Source of the DNA: Candidatus Chisholmbacteria bacterium RIFCSPLOWO2_01_FULL_49_14
GTDB lineage: Bacteria; Patescibacteriota; Microgenomatia; UBA1400; Chisholmbacteraceae
Assembly (NCBI GenBank): GCA_001816915.1
Contig: MHCL01000026.1
Location: 45,501-98,159 of the forward strand
Reading direction: 5' to 3'
Length of the DNA: 52,659 nucleotides
Each line of letters begins with the position of its first letter. The stretch's first letter is position 1. Made by a program: the position numbers and the translations under genes. Below are positions 1-9,284 of this stretch, in pieces. The notes beneath the pieces are model-generated. The model was not told where the DNA came from and searched no databases. It saw only the letters and a list, made by a program, of their open reading frames with translations.

Positions 1-443
1 GCGACAGCCTGAGCGGCCGCATACGCCATCTCATTTGATGGAGAAACGGCAAATGTATCAAAGGTAAAATCTTCCCTGAGACGAGCGCGCAGGAAAGCCT
101 GTTGATACTGTTGATGAAGCGAAGGGGATTCGGTTTCAAACAATGGGCCGTTCCCGATTGCTGATACAGAGGCCGGAGAAGAGAACTTGCCGATCACGAA
201 AACGAGTTCGTTCTTGCGCTTCGTGACCCGGTCCAACGCTTCCTTAATTTGTGCAAAATAGCGCTCTTCGATGAATTGTCGGTGATAGGGGCTTTTACAG
301 GCAATTTCCGCGATTTGTCTGCCGGCGTCTACTTGCTGGACACGCGTCAGTCGGGTTGGAGACAGCCAGGTCATAAAATTTCCGCGGGAGAGCGAAACCT
401 CTAAATCAGAAAGAACAGTTTTCCACAATTGATCGACGTTCAT
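1..443 (-). CDS. dnaA: Chromosomal replication initiator DnaA, N-terminal part (gene continues beyond window start)
   Basis: Absent from the ORF track because it runs off the edge. The reverse complement from the ATG (complement of 441-443) reads MNVDQLWKTVLSDLEVSLSRGNFMTWLSPTRL...REDFTFDTFAVSPSNEMAYAAAQAV. This has a DnaA domain-I style start and the F-T-F-D-x-F-V-x-x-x-S-N-x-x-A motif at the entry to the AAA+ domain. It is divergent from rpmH, as in many bacteria. Confidence 0.85.
   Translation of the reverse strand, partial: MNVDQLWKTVLSDLEVSLSRGNFMTWLSPTRLTRVQQVDAGRQIAEIACKSPYHRQFIEERYFAQIKEALDRVTKRKNELVFVIGKFSSPASVSAIGNGPLFETESPSLHQQYQQAFLRARLREDFTFDTFAVSPSNEMAYAAAQAV
419..427 (+). promoter_or_regulatory. 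DnaA-box-like 9-mer TTTTCCACA (inside the first codons of dnaA)
   Basis: One mismatch from the TTATCCACA consensus; located at the dnaA start. Confidence 0.25.
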
Positions 444-532
444 ACGAGCGGTGGGCAGAAAGAGAAAAAACACATCACGCATCCCTGAATAATCAGGTCA
501 GAAGCGGTTGGCAGCTGCCAGATCATTGCAAC

Positions 533-541
533 TTTTCCACA
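533..541 (+). promoter_or_regulatory. DnaA-box-like 9-mer TTTTCCACA in the dnaA-rpmH spacer
   Basis: Second identical copy of TTTTCCACA, in the divergent dnaA/rpmH intergenic region. Confidence 0.3.
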
Positions 542-675
542 AAGAGTCAACCCGCAGAATCCCCAAAAACAGACTGAAAGAAAGGGATTGTTTCAAAGGC
601 AGCCCTGACATGATAGAATAACTGAAGAATAAAAGGTACAACAATTTTTCATTTTGAACTTTAAACTTGTTTGCC

Positions 676-813
676 ATGCCAAAACGAACCTGGAACCCAA
701 AAAAGAAAAAAAGAGCCCGTAAACACGGCTTCCGCAGCAGGGTGGTTACCCGAGCCGGGAGAGAGACTTTAAAAAGAAGAAGGGCGAAGGGAAGGAAAAA
801 GCTTGCTCACTAA
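676..813 (+). CDS. rpmH: 50S ribosomal protein L34
   Basis: A 45-codon ORF below the track cutoff: [45 protein letters not shown]. The L34 sequence is canonical and it sits in the canonical position ahead of rnpA. Confidence 0.9.
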   Translation: MPKRTWNPKKKKRARKHGFRSRVVTRAGRETLKRRRAKGRKKLAH

Positions 814-852
814 TCGTCAAGGGCTCAAGAGGTAGGAGTAGAATCCACGAAC

Positions 853-1203
853 ATGCTTCCCCGCAGACACCGCCTCTCACTCCGTAAAGATGCAGATGCG
901 ATATACAGAGAAGGAAAACGCATTCAAGGAAAGTATTTTGCTATCATTGTGGCCGATCAAAAGGAAAAATCAAACACAAAAATTGCGGTTGTTGTCAGCA
1001 GGAAGGTGGCAAAATTGGCCGTTGAAAGAAACCGTCTGCGACGCAGAGCCACGCAAGCTATTCGATTGCACCTGAATGAATTGGAAAACGGATACAATAT
1101 CATCTGTACGGCAGGAAAAGCGTCCGGAAACGCATCATTTGATCAACTCCACGAGTCCATCTTGAACGACCTGAAAAATACCGGCGTCGTCATGGAGAAA
1201 TAG
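853..1203 (+). CDS. rnpA: Ribonuclease P protein component
   Basis: 116 aa, basic. Contains the RNase P protein signature [20 protein letters not shown] and follows rpmH. Confidence 0.85.
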   Translation: MLPRRHRLSLRKDADAIYREGKRIQGKYFAIIVADQKEKSNTKIAVVVSRKVAKLAVERNRLRRRATQAIRLHLNELENGYNIICTAGKASGNASFDQLHESILNDLKNTGVVMEK

Positions 1204-1208
1204 AAAGT

Positions 1209-1475
1209 ATGCAGAAAAAACCAACCCAAAACAACTTACTGCTCAAGCTCATCCGTATCTATCAACTGATGGTCCCATACAGAATGACGCTCACGAAAGC
1301 GATGTTGGGTGGAACTGGACGGGGAACCTGCCGCTTCACTCCGACCTGCTCGCGCTACACCTACGAGGCGATAGAGCGGTATGGTATAGTGAAAGGCATT
1401 ATTTTAGGAGTAAAACGGGTAGGAAGGTGTCATCCGTGGTCGGTTGGTGGTTTCGACCCACTCCCGCACACCTAA
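1209..1475 (+). CDS. yidD: Membrane protein insertion efficiency factor YidD
   Basis: Contains [46 protein letters not shown], the YidD signature. Lies between rnpA and yidC. Confidence 0.85.
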   Translation: MQKKPTQNNLLLKLIRIYQLMVPYRMTLTKAMLGGTGRGTCRFTPTCSRYTYEAIERYGIVKGIILGVKRVGRCHPWSVGGFDPLPHT

Positions 1476-1534
1476 GATTCAAGATTTAATATTTTATATT
1501 TAAACATTAAACATTGAACATTAGCCATTAACTC
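1476..1534. repeat. Heptanucleotide-phased AT-rich spacer (8 units + 3 nt) filling the whole yidD-yidC gap
   Basis: Reads gattcaa|gatttaa|tatttta|tatttaa|acattaa|acattga|acattag|ccattaa|ctc, then the ATG of yidC. Confidence 0.6.
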
Positions 1535-2299
1535 ATGTCGATCTTTAACACACTTCTCTATCAGCCGATTCTTAAGGTTTTGGTCTATTTAACCCATCTG
1601 CTTGGTGGAAGCTTCGGTCTGGCAATTATTGCCCTGACGCTGCTCATCCGTTTGGTGTTGATACCGTTAACCCTGCCTGCGATGAAATCAGCGCAAAAAA
1701 TGAAAGAGTTGAAGCCCCGCCTGGATGAACTAAAAAAGAAACACGCAAAAGACAAGCGACAGCTGCAGATAGAACAACTGAATCTTTACAAAGAACAAGG
1801 CATCAACCCGGCAGCCGGCTGTCTCCCCACAATCGTTCAATTTGCCATCCTCATTGCGATGTACAGGGTATTTATTGATTTTATCCAAAATGGAAATGGG
1901 GAATCCCTCATGGCCAACATGCAGTTCTTTTGGCTCGATCTCTCAAAACCGGACCGTCTCCATATTCTCCCGATTCTCGCGGGGGCGACTCAGCTCATCC
2001 TCTCGCAAATGCTGATGACGGCGAAAGAACATCACGAAGCCAAGGAATTGACGAAAGAAGCGCAAAAGAAAGAAAAAACCAAAGGGGAAGATACCCAGGA
2101 AATGGCGGAAACACTTCAGCAACAGATGCTCTATGTCATGCCGGTGATGACGGGCTTAATAGCCTGGAATCTACCCTCAGGGCTTGCGGTCTATTGGGTG
2201 GTCACCACGATATTTTCGCTGGTTCAGCAATATATCATGAGTGGACCGGGAGGCTTGGCCACGCTTCAGGCAAAATTATTGAGGAGGCAACATGGCTGA
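1535..2299 (+). CDS. yidC: YidC/Oxa1-family membrane protein insertase (short form)
   Basis: 254 aa. Matches are LLIRLVLIPLTLPAMKSAQKMKELKPRLDELKKKH, LYKEQGINPAAGCLPTIVQ and LPSGLAVYWVVTTIFSLVQQ. Conserved synteny. Confidence 0.85.
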   Translation: MSIFNTLLYQPILKVLVYLTHLLGGSFGLAIIALTLLIRLVLIPLTLPAMKSAQKMKELKPRLDELKKKHAKDKRQLQIEQLNLYKEQGINPAAGCLPTIVQFAILIAMYRVFIDFIQNGNGESLMANMQFFWLDLSKPDRLHILPILAGATQLILSQMLMTAKEHHEAKELTKEAQKKEKTKGEDTQEMAETLQQQMLYVMPVMTGLIAWNLPSGLAVYWVVTTIFSLVQQYIMSGPGGLATLQAKLLRRQHG

Positions 2300-2801
2300 T
2301 GAAGGAAAAATCGTCAAACAGATAGCCCAACACCTTTTGGCGAGTTTGGGGTTTACGGAAACTGAAATTGGTGTTGAGAAAGAAAAAACCGAAGGAGAGG
2401 AAGAAGTGGTGATCAATATCAAGATTGAAGCCTCTCCGGAAGACACGGGAATGCTTATCGGATTCCATGGCGAAACACTAGCAGCCCTGCAGTTGATCGT
2501 CTCGCAGATGGTATATAAAAAACTCGGGAGTTGGAGAAGAGTTATTGTCAATATCGGGGATTACCGGGAAAAAAGGGAGGTTGCCCTCCGGGAAATGGCA
2601 ACCAACGCCGCTCAGCGCGTCAAGCTCACCGGTAGTCCGGTGATGCTCCCCTATCTGGGAAGTAATGAGCGCCGGCTCATCCACCTGGCGCTCTCCGAGG
2701 ATCCCGACGTCGAAACCATCTCCCAAGGAACCGGCAGAGGCAGAAGACTTTCCGTGAGCCTCAAACGGCAAGAGAAGGTCGATAGCCAAGAACATGAATG
2801 A
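2292..2801 (+). CDS. jag: Jag/KhpB-type RNA-binding protein (KH + R3H domains)
   Basis: R3H signature SNERRLIHLALSEDPDVETISQGTGRGRRLSV. An 8-nt overlap with yidC gives the canonical yidC-jag pairing. Confidence 0.8.
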   Translation: MADEGKIVKQIAQHLLASLGFTETEIGVEKEKTEGEEEVVINIKIEASPEDTGMLIGFHGETLAALQLIVSQMVYKKLGSWRRVIVNIGDYREKREVALREMATNAAQRVKLTGSPVMLPYLGSNERRLIHLALSEDPDVETISQGTGRGRRLSVSLKRQEKVDSQEHE

Positions 2802-4051
2802 AACTGGGCGATAAACTGGAAAAGGCGCTTTTTGTACTCTTCATCGTATTGTTTCCCGTACAACTCGGAAAGCATTTCTGGCCGACATCGGCATTCATCG
2901 GAGGTCTGCGCGTAGACTATCTCTCCCCCACAATCTATGTGAGTGATGTCCTTTTATTACTTCTGCTGGTGGTTAGCGCTGCCAAGACAGACTGGCACAG
3001 AATTAAAATAAACATCAGTCGCAAGTTTGGTGTAATTGGAGTCCTTGCTTGTGCCTTTATCGTCTGGAATATTATTGGTTCGGGGCGTCCATCGACGGCG
3101 ATCTATGTTTGGCTTCGATATATCGAGGCTGCCGGTCTACTTCTGTATGTCAGAAGAACGAAGCTTCAGGTGAAACAATTGCTCACCAGGATTCTTCCAA
3201 TTCCAATTCTCTACTCTTCCCTGATTGCTCTTGCTCAATTTCTGAAAGGAGGATCATTGGGCGGAATGCTGTATTGGCTCGGAGAGCGATCATTTTCGTT
3301 GACCACGCCCGGTATTGCGACAGCAAGCCTATTCGGAAGGCTGGTGATCCGTCCCTATGCAACCTTTCCCCACCCGAACGCTCTCGCCGGTTTTATGCTA
3401 ATTGCCGGCCTTATCTGGATGTGGGGTGTTGGAAGAGGACCAGCAAAGACGAGTCAACAATTAAGCGGCACGCGCTTCATCGTCATGGTCATGACGGCGG
3501 GAACGCTTATGCTCACCCAATCTCTCTCCTCAATAGTAACGGCTGTGATGGTACTGGCGCTCTGGGCAAGATCTGCGCTGTCGGGACCAAGTAAAGGGTT
3601 GGCAGCCGTCCTGGTGACGGCAGTGTTGATTGGAACGCTCGTCGCGCTTCCGCCCGAGCCGCAATCGCTCTCCCAGCGACTGGTGCAAGCCAGGGAGGCC
3701 TGGTTAATGCTGCGCGCTCATCCAATGCAAGGCGTTGGCTTGGGGAATTTTATTCCGAATCTCTTAACCAAGAATAACCTCTATCCCGCATCACCCTTCC
3801 TCTACTTTCAGCCCGTTCATAATATTTACCTGCTCATTGCCAGTGAGCTTGGAATCATTGGCGCGCTCGCCTTTTTCTGGCTTATCACCACGGCCTTGAA
3901 ACAAGCGCTGGGGAAAAAATCAAAAGCCCTGGTCTTTGCGCTCCTGGGCATATTCATCATCGGGATTGTTGATCATTACTGGTCGACCCTTCAACAGACC
4001 CGCTTATTGTTTGCGGCATTGCTTGGTTTGGCGTTCAGGAAAGAAAGCTAA
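2798..4051 (+). CDS. O-antigen ligase / Wzy-like polytopic membrane protein
   Basis: 417 aa with many TM segments and a Wzy_C-like loop region (HPNALAGFMLIAG ... GVGLGNF). ATGA overlap with jag. Confidence 0.55.
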   Translation: MKLGDKLEKALFVLFIVLFPVQLGKHFWPTSAFIGGLRVDYLSPTIYVSDVLLLLLLVVSAAKTDWHRIKINISRKFGVIGVLACAFIVWNIIGSGRPSTAIYVWLRYIEAAGLLLYVRRTKLQVKQLLTRILPIPILYSSLIALAQFLKGGSLGGMLYWLGERSFSLTTPGIATASLFGRLVIRPYATFPHPNALAGFMLIAGLIWMWGVGRGPAKTSQQLSGTRFIVMVMTAGTLMLTQSLSSIVTAVMVLALWARSALSGPSKGLAAVLVTAVLIGTLVALPPEPQSLSQRLVQAREAWLMLRAHPMQGVGLGNFIPNLLTKNNLYPASPFLYFQPVHNIYLLIASELGIIGALAFFWLITTALKQALGKKSKALVFALLGIFIIGIVDHYWSTLQQTRLLFAALLGLAFRKES

Positions 4052-4078
4052 TGAAAAACCAGAGTGAATGAATAGTTT

Positions 4079-5341
4079 ATGATCTCCGCAAAACGCTCCA
4101 TCATCACCAACACGACAGCTCAACTCTTGGGAAAGGCCATCAATACCGGGAGTTCTTTACTGGTAACCATCCTGATTGCCCGCAACTTTGGCGCGCAGTA
4201 TTATGGAGATTTCACTAAAGCATTTATTACCGCAACACTTTTTTTTATCGGGATTGACTTCGGATTAAACGCCATCACCGTCCGCCGCATGCAGGATTCT
4301 CAAGATGAGCAAAGAGAATTTAGGAACGCTTTCGGCGTACGGGTGGTACTGGCCGCGCTGTTTTTTATTCTCCTGAGTTTATTTGTCTTGATCATCCCGA
4401 CTGTGTCGGAGAACGGCTACTCAACGAAGGTAAAAATGGCGACCTTGATTTTCGGCCTGACTTTTTTTGAACAGGCAAGCTTCACCACGGCCAACGCCAT
4501 ATTTCAAAGAAGGCTAAAGTACTCAAAATCGGCGATAGCTTCATCCTTGGGAAGCTTGGTCATCCTCGCCGCGGTGATGGTTGTCATTGCTCTAAATGGA
4601 GATGTACGAGCAGTCGCTTTGGCGCACCTTGTAGGATCAATAACCATGATGTCAGTTGCTTTGTCTTTTGCTCGAGCAGAAATCGGAAGCATCTCGCCGC
4701 GATTTAACTTCGGGAAGATGAAGGGTTTATTCAGCGAGGCGTTTCCCGTCGGGGGTGCTCTTTTGATCAATATGCTGATGATCAGGATTGGAACGATCCT
4801 CCTTGCGTTTTTACGATCTTCAAGTGAGGTGGGTTTCTACGGCCTGGCGTTTCGAGCCTTCGATGTGGTCTTAGTCTTCCCGACGTTTGTGATGAATTCC
4901 GCGTATCCGATCATGGTGGAAAGAGCTAGGCATGGAACCGAGCAATTAGCAAGAATCGTAAAAAAAGTTGCTCTTCTTCTTTTCCTCACCTCATTGGTAG
5001 CGCTTGTAGTTTTATTTTTTGCAAGCCCATTACTCGAGCTTATTCGCGCTGAGTTTATTGAGTCTCAAATCCCGCTCAAAATATTAAGGCTCTGGATTCC
5101 GATATTTTTCTTAAGCTCACTGATGCAATGGACGCTGGTGAGCCAAAAAAAAGAAAATATTCTTATTCCAATCTACCTACTGGCGTTGGTCATCAATCTG
5201 ATTGCTAATCTGGTCATGATACCCAGGTTTGGAATGCTTGCTGCTGCTTTGAATACCGGGATTTCAGAATTCATCGTACTTTTTTTCACATCCGTAGTGG
5301 TGCTACAATCTTTCCGTGACACGAGAGAGCTCAAACGCTAA
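4079..5341 (+). CDS. MOP/Wzx-family polysaccharide flippase
   Basis: 420 aa, about 12 predicted TM helices. The N-terminus NTTAQLLGKAINTGSSLLVTILIARNFGAQYYGDF is typical of polysaccharide biosynthesis (Wzx) transporters. Confidence 0.6.
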   Translation: MISAKRSIITNTTAQLLGKAINTGSSLLVTILIARNFGAQYYGDFTKAFITATLFFIGIDFGLNAITVRRMQDSQDEQREFRNAFGVRVVLAALFFILLSLFVLIIPTVSENGYSTKVKMATLIFGLTFFEQASFTTANAIFQRRLKYSKSAIASSLGSLVILAAVMVVIALNGDVRAVALAHLVGSITMMSVALSFARAEIGSISPRFNFGKMKGLFSEAFPVGGALLINMLMIRIGTILLAFLRSSSEVGFYGLAFRAFDVVLVFPTFVMNSAYPIMVERARHGTEQLARIVKKVALLLFLTSLVALVVLFFASPLLELIRAEFIESQIPLKILRLWIPIFFLSSLMQWTLVSQKKENILIPIYLLALVINLIANLVMIPRFGMLAAALNTGISEFIVLFFTSVVVLQSFRDTRELKR

Positions 5342-5828
5342 TGCGCTGAATATTTATTGCGATGGAGGAGCCAGGGGTAATCCCGGACCGGCCGCCATCG
5401 GCTTTCTTATTAAAGATGGGGCAGATAGGCTGATCTACAAGCACTCGGAGTCGATCGGATTCTCCACGAACAATACAGCGGAATATAAGGCGGTGATTGC
5501 TGCCTTGGCGTATTTAAAAACGCGCAAAGAACTTGTCAGTAGCTCGACAACCATTCAACTGTTTCTTGATTCCCGACTGGTCGTTAATCAGTTGAATGGG
5601 GTATTCAAAATCAAAGATCAGAAAATGAAAACCCTGGTGCTTGCAGTGAGGAACAGTGAGCGGGAGCTTGGCGTATTGCTTGATGAGTACCAGACCTTAT
5701 TTGCTTCAAAAGCACCTCGTATCCGCTATACGCTCGTTCCCCGCGAGTTAAATCAGGAAGCTGATGCGCTCGTCAATCGAGCGCTGGATCAAGAGTACGC
5801 ATCCGAAGGTATTTCTCGTCTTGGATAG
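5316..5828 (+). CDS. rnhA: Ribonuclease HI-like protein
   Basis: IYCDGGARGNPGPAAIGFLI ... NNTAEYKAVIAAL ... LDSRLVVNQLNG ... NQEADALVNRAL gives the D-E-D-D RNase H pattern. The only in-frame start upstream of the domain is GTG at 5316, which overlaps the flippase end. Confidence 0.75.
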   Translation: MTRESSNANALNIYCDGGARGNPGPAAIGFLIKDGADRLIYKHSESIGFSTNNTAEYKAVIAALAYLKTRKELVSSSTTIQLFLDSRLVVNQLNGVFKIKDQKMKTLVLAVRNSERELGVLLDEYQTLFASKAPRIRYTLVPRELNQEADALVNRALDQEYASEGISRLG

Positions 5829-6226
5829 TTTTTCCCCCCTTTTCCTGAAGCAGAAGTTTGAATGTAAGAGTACTTCAAAAGATAAAGTGATGTTCTGTGT
5901 TTTGTAGTGTCAATAAAACAAACAATATAGGGTGAGACAAATGTTAATAGAATGTTGAGAAAAAGTGATTCAGGTGAATCAAGAAGAAACACATGAAAAA
6001 CGGTAAGTACAAAAAAGCATGATAAATAAGCCAAAAAATGTCCTCGACCAGGGAGAGGAAAAAAGGGAAAAGAAGTAATAAAGATAGTCATATGGCACAG
6101 AACTTATACTCTAGGATAGAGTAACCCGAAACATCATTGCTCTATCCAATGGAATTCAGTAACATGAAAGCGCTATTCAACGGGAATCTGAATAATTGCA
6201 AATAACACGAATAGGCGTTGAAGAAT

Positions 6227-9208
6227 ATGAAGAAACACAGCCGGATTCTTCTGCATCAAGTTGTTTCCGAAGAGGGATATCCCACAGCCGTCATTTTTTC
6301 TCGGGAAGGTTTTGTCTCCTCATATCTTGCGCAAAAGTTGCTTGAGTTGCCCCTACGCCTGATTGTGATGAGCCCCATCGAATTAGAAGAAATAAAACAC
6401 TTACAGGGAAACGAGCGATTTCAATTTCTACGCATTGAGAATCCGGAAGATATTTTGCAGGGAGCTATTCCGAATGTGAACTACATTTTTCAGATTGTCG
6501 ATTCTGGTGAGAAGCAAGAGTCAGAAGTCAAGGAAAAGTTAATCAAGCTTGCCAACGATCAGGAAGCAAAATTGATACAGGTGGAAAGTTTATATTCATA
6601 TCGCCAAGCACTGCGATTATTGACAATTGCAGAGCCCGTTGACGGTATTGCGTCTTCGCACACTTCCGCGTTGACGCCGCGGGAGGATGATTCATGCAGA
6701 GTCATATTCCTGCATGCCTATGGTCCAAAGATGCAGCTCTCACAAGATTGGGCACTATCAAGATTTCTGCGTGCCATAGAAGAGGAAAAGAGCTTGCCTG
6801 TGGAAGGAGACGGCCTGGCGCCGCTTTATCCGATCTATATTGAAGACGCTGTGAAAGCATTAGTAAAAGTCATGTTTTCGAAATCAAAAACTGAGAGAAT
6901 GGTCATCATTGCCGGGAAAGAAGAGGTAAGCTCCCTCAATGTCGGTTATAAGCTCCGCGAGATTCTGCTCAAAAAAACCGGGAAACTTTTTGAGATTGTA
7001 TTTTCTGATAGGGGAGAATTGCGGGATTCTCTTGGAGATCGTGCAATTGTAAAAAATGCGATACAAAAAACCTCAGACGATCTTGGGTGGGGGATAACCA
7101 CGAATCTCATGGATGGTTTAACAAAGACATTGGACTGGGCTGTTCATGCAGATCGGCACAAGCGGCAACATCTTCCTGAGCCTCAATCCCCGAAGCAAAG
7201 TAAACGGCTTCAGGGTGATCCGGAACCCGAATCACAACTGGTAACCGGCGCTGTTTCGTCGGTGCCGCAATCGCAAGAAGAAAGGGCGGAACCCAAAAAG
7301 CGTCATGCGTGGGATATGAGTGCCTTCAAACCGAAACTCATCAAGAAAAAAAACTTTGTTGCCTTGTTCGCTGTGCTGCTGATACTCTTCTGCGCGCCGG
7401 TATTTTTCTTTACCTTCACGATTGTTGCCGGGGTAGTATCGTTGCGACAGGCCATGCTTGATTTGCAAACCGCCGAAATTGATCAGGCGTTGGTATTGTC
7501 AGAAAAATCAAACAGTCTCTTCTCCCGAGCTCAAGGCCAAGTTGTTATCGCCTCAAATATAATTCAAGCCCGCTCAATTGGAGGAAAACTGCAGATCATA
7601 CAGGAATATCTTGAGATTGGCCAACTCATTTCGCAAGCCGTCCATCAATCTGCGAGACTGGCAATGGAGGGGAAAGAGGCAAAACAGATAATCCTGAATC
7701 AATCCAACCATGATTTGGAATCGGTTGTATTCAACATGAACGCACAGCTGCACTCCTTAGTTGTGACACTTGCACGCGTTGAATTGTCGATCGCTGCTGG
7801 TGGGAGAGCACATCAAGCGTTGCTGCCCTTTGGATTTGCATCCGGCCTTGATTCCACAATCAGTGAAATTCCCAAACTTCGCAGGCTCGTCTCCGATCTG
7901 ACGCGGATGTTTGACATTCTTCCGCATCTGTTGGGAAAGGAAGGCAAAAATACGTATCTGGTAGTGCTCCAGAATAATGCTGAATTGCGCCCGACAGGGG
8001 GGTTCATCGGCTCGTACGCGCTCGTCACGTTCGATAAATTCAGACTGTTGGACTGGAAAGTGGAAGACGTGTATGCAGCCGATGGGCAATTAAAAGGTCA
8101 TGTTGAACCACCCGCTGAAATTAAAGAATACCTTGGGGAAGAGGGATGGTATTTGCGTGACAGTAATTGGGATCCCGATTTTCCTTCGGCTGCCAGACAA
8201 ATCGAGTGGTTTTTTGAAAAAGAAACGGGGGTGCAAGTCGACGGTACAATCGCCATGAATCTCTTTGTCATTCAGGATTTATTGCGCGTCTTCGGACCGA
8301 TTGATATCCCTGATTATGAGCAAGCGATTACAGCGGAAAACCTCTTTGAAAAAGCTCAATTTCGCAGCGAAATGAACTTTTTTCCCGGGTCAACACAGAA
8401 GAAGGATTTTCTGGGAAGCGTTGGCAAGAACCTATTCTTTGCCATAGAACAGTCAGAACCTCAAGATCTGGCCAAGTTTGCAGCCTCCCTCATTCGATCC
8501 TTACAAAAAGGCCAGCTCTTGCTTGCTGTGAACGATGCGGGGATGGCGCAGACGATCCAGAATCTTGGCTGGGACGGAAGCCTGAAAGATGTAAAATGCG
8601 CGCCGCAGAATAACGAGCCTTGCATCAAAACCTATTTGGCCCTGCGTGAAGCCAACGTCGGTGTCAATAAAGCCAATTATTATATCAAGCGCGCATTGAA
8701 TGTTTCGCAAGTCATGGAGGACGGCAAGGTAACGACTCAACTGACAATTAATCTGCAAAATTTAGGAAATGACAGCGTTTGGCCTTCAGGGTCGTATAAA
8801 AATTATCTGCGCATCTACACCAACCCGGAAAACAGAATCACCGCGGTCTCGATTAACGGGAATGAATTGGAGAACCAACGACTCACCTTGACCGTGGAAC
8901 ACGGTAAACAGGTTGTCGGATTGCTTGTGGACGTACCCATACAGGAGGAAAAAGAGATCGCAATCCTCATGGAAATGGATATGCCGGAGCGCAGCAAGCA
9001 GGGTATATCATCAAGCATCTTGATACAAAAACAACCGGGAACGGAGAATGACTCGTTGACCTTGGAGCTAAGCGCTCCCAAAGGGATGAGTATTGAAGCC
9101 GCCAGTCTGCCGCTTCAAAATGTCAACGGAACCGCAAGTTTGACCCAACCATTTATTGAAGATCTTTCCCTTCAGGTTGAATTCAAGGGTCAGAAAGTGA
9201 TAGAATAG
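6227..9208 (+). CDS. Large envelope protein: N-terminal degenerate SDR/epimerase-like domain, one TM helix, C-terminal DUF4012 domain
   Basis: The DUF4012 hallmark LVVLQNNAELRPTGGFIGSYALV is present. TM segment is FVALFAVLLILFCAPVFFFTFTIVAGVV. The N-terminal roughly 310 aa look like an extended SDR with the glycine loop lost. The track start is TTG 6218; the first ATG is 6227. Confidence 0.7.
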   Translation: MKKHSRILLHQVVSEEGYPTAVIFSREGFVSSYLAQKLLELPLRLIVMSPIELEEIKHLQGNERFQFLRIENPEDILQGAIPNVNYIFQIVDSGEKQESEVKEKLIKLANDQEAKLIQVESLYSYRQALRLLTIAEPVDGIASSHTSALTPREDDSCRVIFLHAYGPKMQLSQDWALSRFLRAIEEEKSLPVEGDGLAPLYPIYIEDAVKALVKVMFSKSKTERMVIIAGKEEVSSLNVGYKLREILLKKTGKLFEIVFSDRGELRDSLGDRAIVKNAIQKTSDDLGWGITTNLMDGLTKTLDWAVHADRHKRQHLPEPQSPKQSKRLQGDPEPESQLVTGAVSSVPQSQEERAEPKKRHAWDMSAFKPKLIKKKNFVALFAVLLILFCAPVFFFTFTIVAGVVSLRQAMLDLQTAEIDQALVLSEKSNSLFSRAQGQVVIASNIIQARSIGGKLQIIQEYLEIGQLISQAVHQSARLAMEGKEAKQIILNQSNHDLESVVFNMNAQLHSLVVTLARVELSIAAGGRAHQALLPFGFASGLDSTISEIPKLRRLVSDLTRMFDILPHLLGKEGKNTYLVVLQNNAELRPTGGFIGSYALVTFDKFRLLDWKVEDVYAADGQLKGHVEPPAEIKEYLGEEGWYLRDSNWDPDFPSAARQIEWFFEKETGVQVDGTIAMNLFVIQDLLRVFGPIDIPDYEQAITAENLFEKAQFRSEMNFFPGSTQKKDFLGSVGKNLFFAIEQSEPQDLAKFAASLIRSLQKGQLLLAVNDAGMAQTIQNLGWDGSLKDVKCAPQNNEPCIKTYLALREANVGVNKANYYIKRALNVSQVMEDGKVTTQLTINLQNLGNDSVWPSGSYKNYLRIYTNPENRITAVSINGNELENQRLTLTVEHGKQVVGLLVDVPIQEEKEIAILMEMDMPERSKQGISSSILIQKQPGTENDSLTLELSAPKGMSIEAASLPLQNVNGTASLTQPFIEDLSLQVEFKGQKVIE

Positions 9209-9241
9209 CTGTTTCTCTGGATCATTGTCCGCTGTGTGTAT

Positions 9242-9250
9242 TGATATAAT
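9242..9250 (+). promoter_or_regulatory. Extended -10 promoter element TGATATAAT upstream of rplY
   Basis: TGnTATAAT match 35 nt upstream of the rplY ATG. No good -35, which is usual for extended -10 promoters. Confidence 0.35.
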
Positions 9251-9284
9251 ATGTGCGCAATAGTTAAAGAAGGTTGAGAGGCAG

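Noticed and set aside
5789-6091. A 100-aa hydrophobic ORF on the minus strand in the rnhA-DUF4012 gap
   Set aside because: It overlaps the rnhA 3' end. Its Phe/Leu-rich translation is what AT/T-rich DNA gives by chance, and it has no start context or motif.
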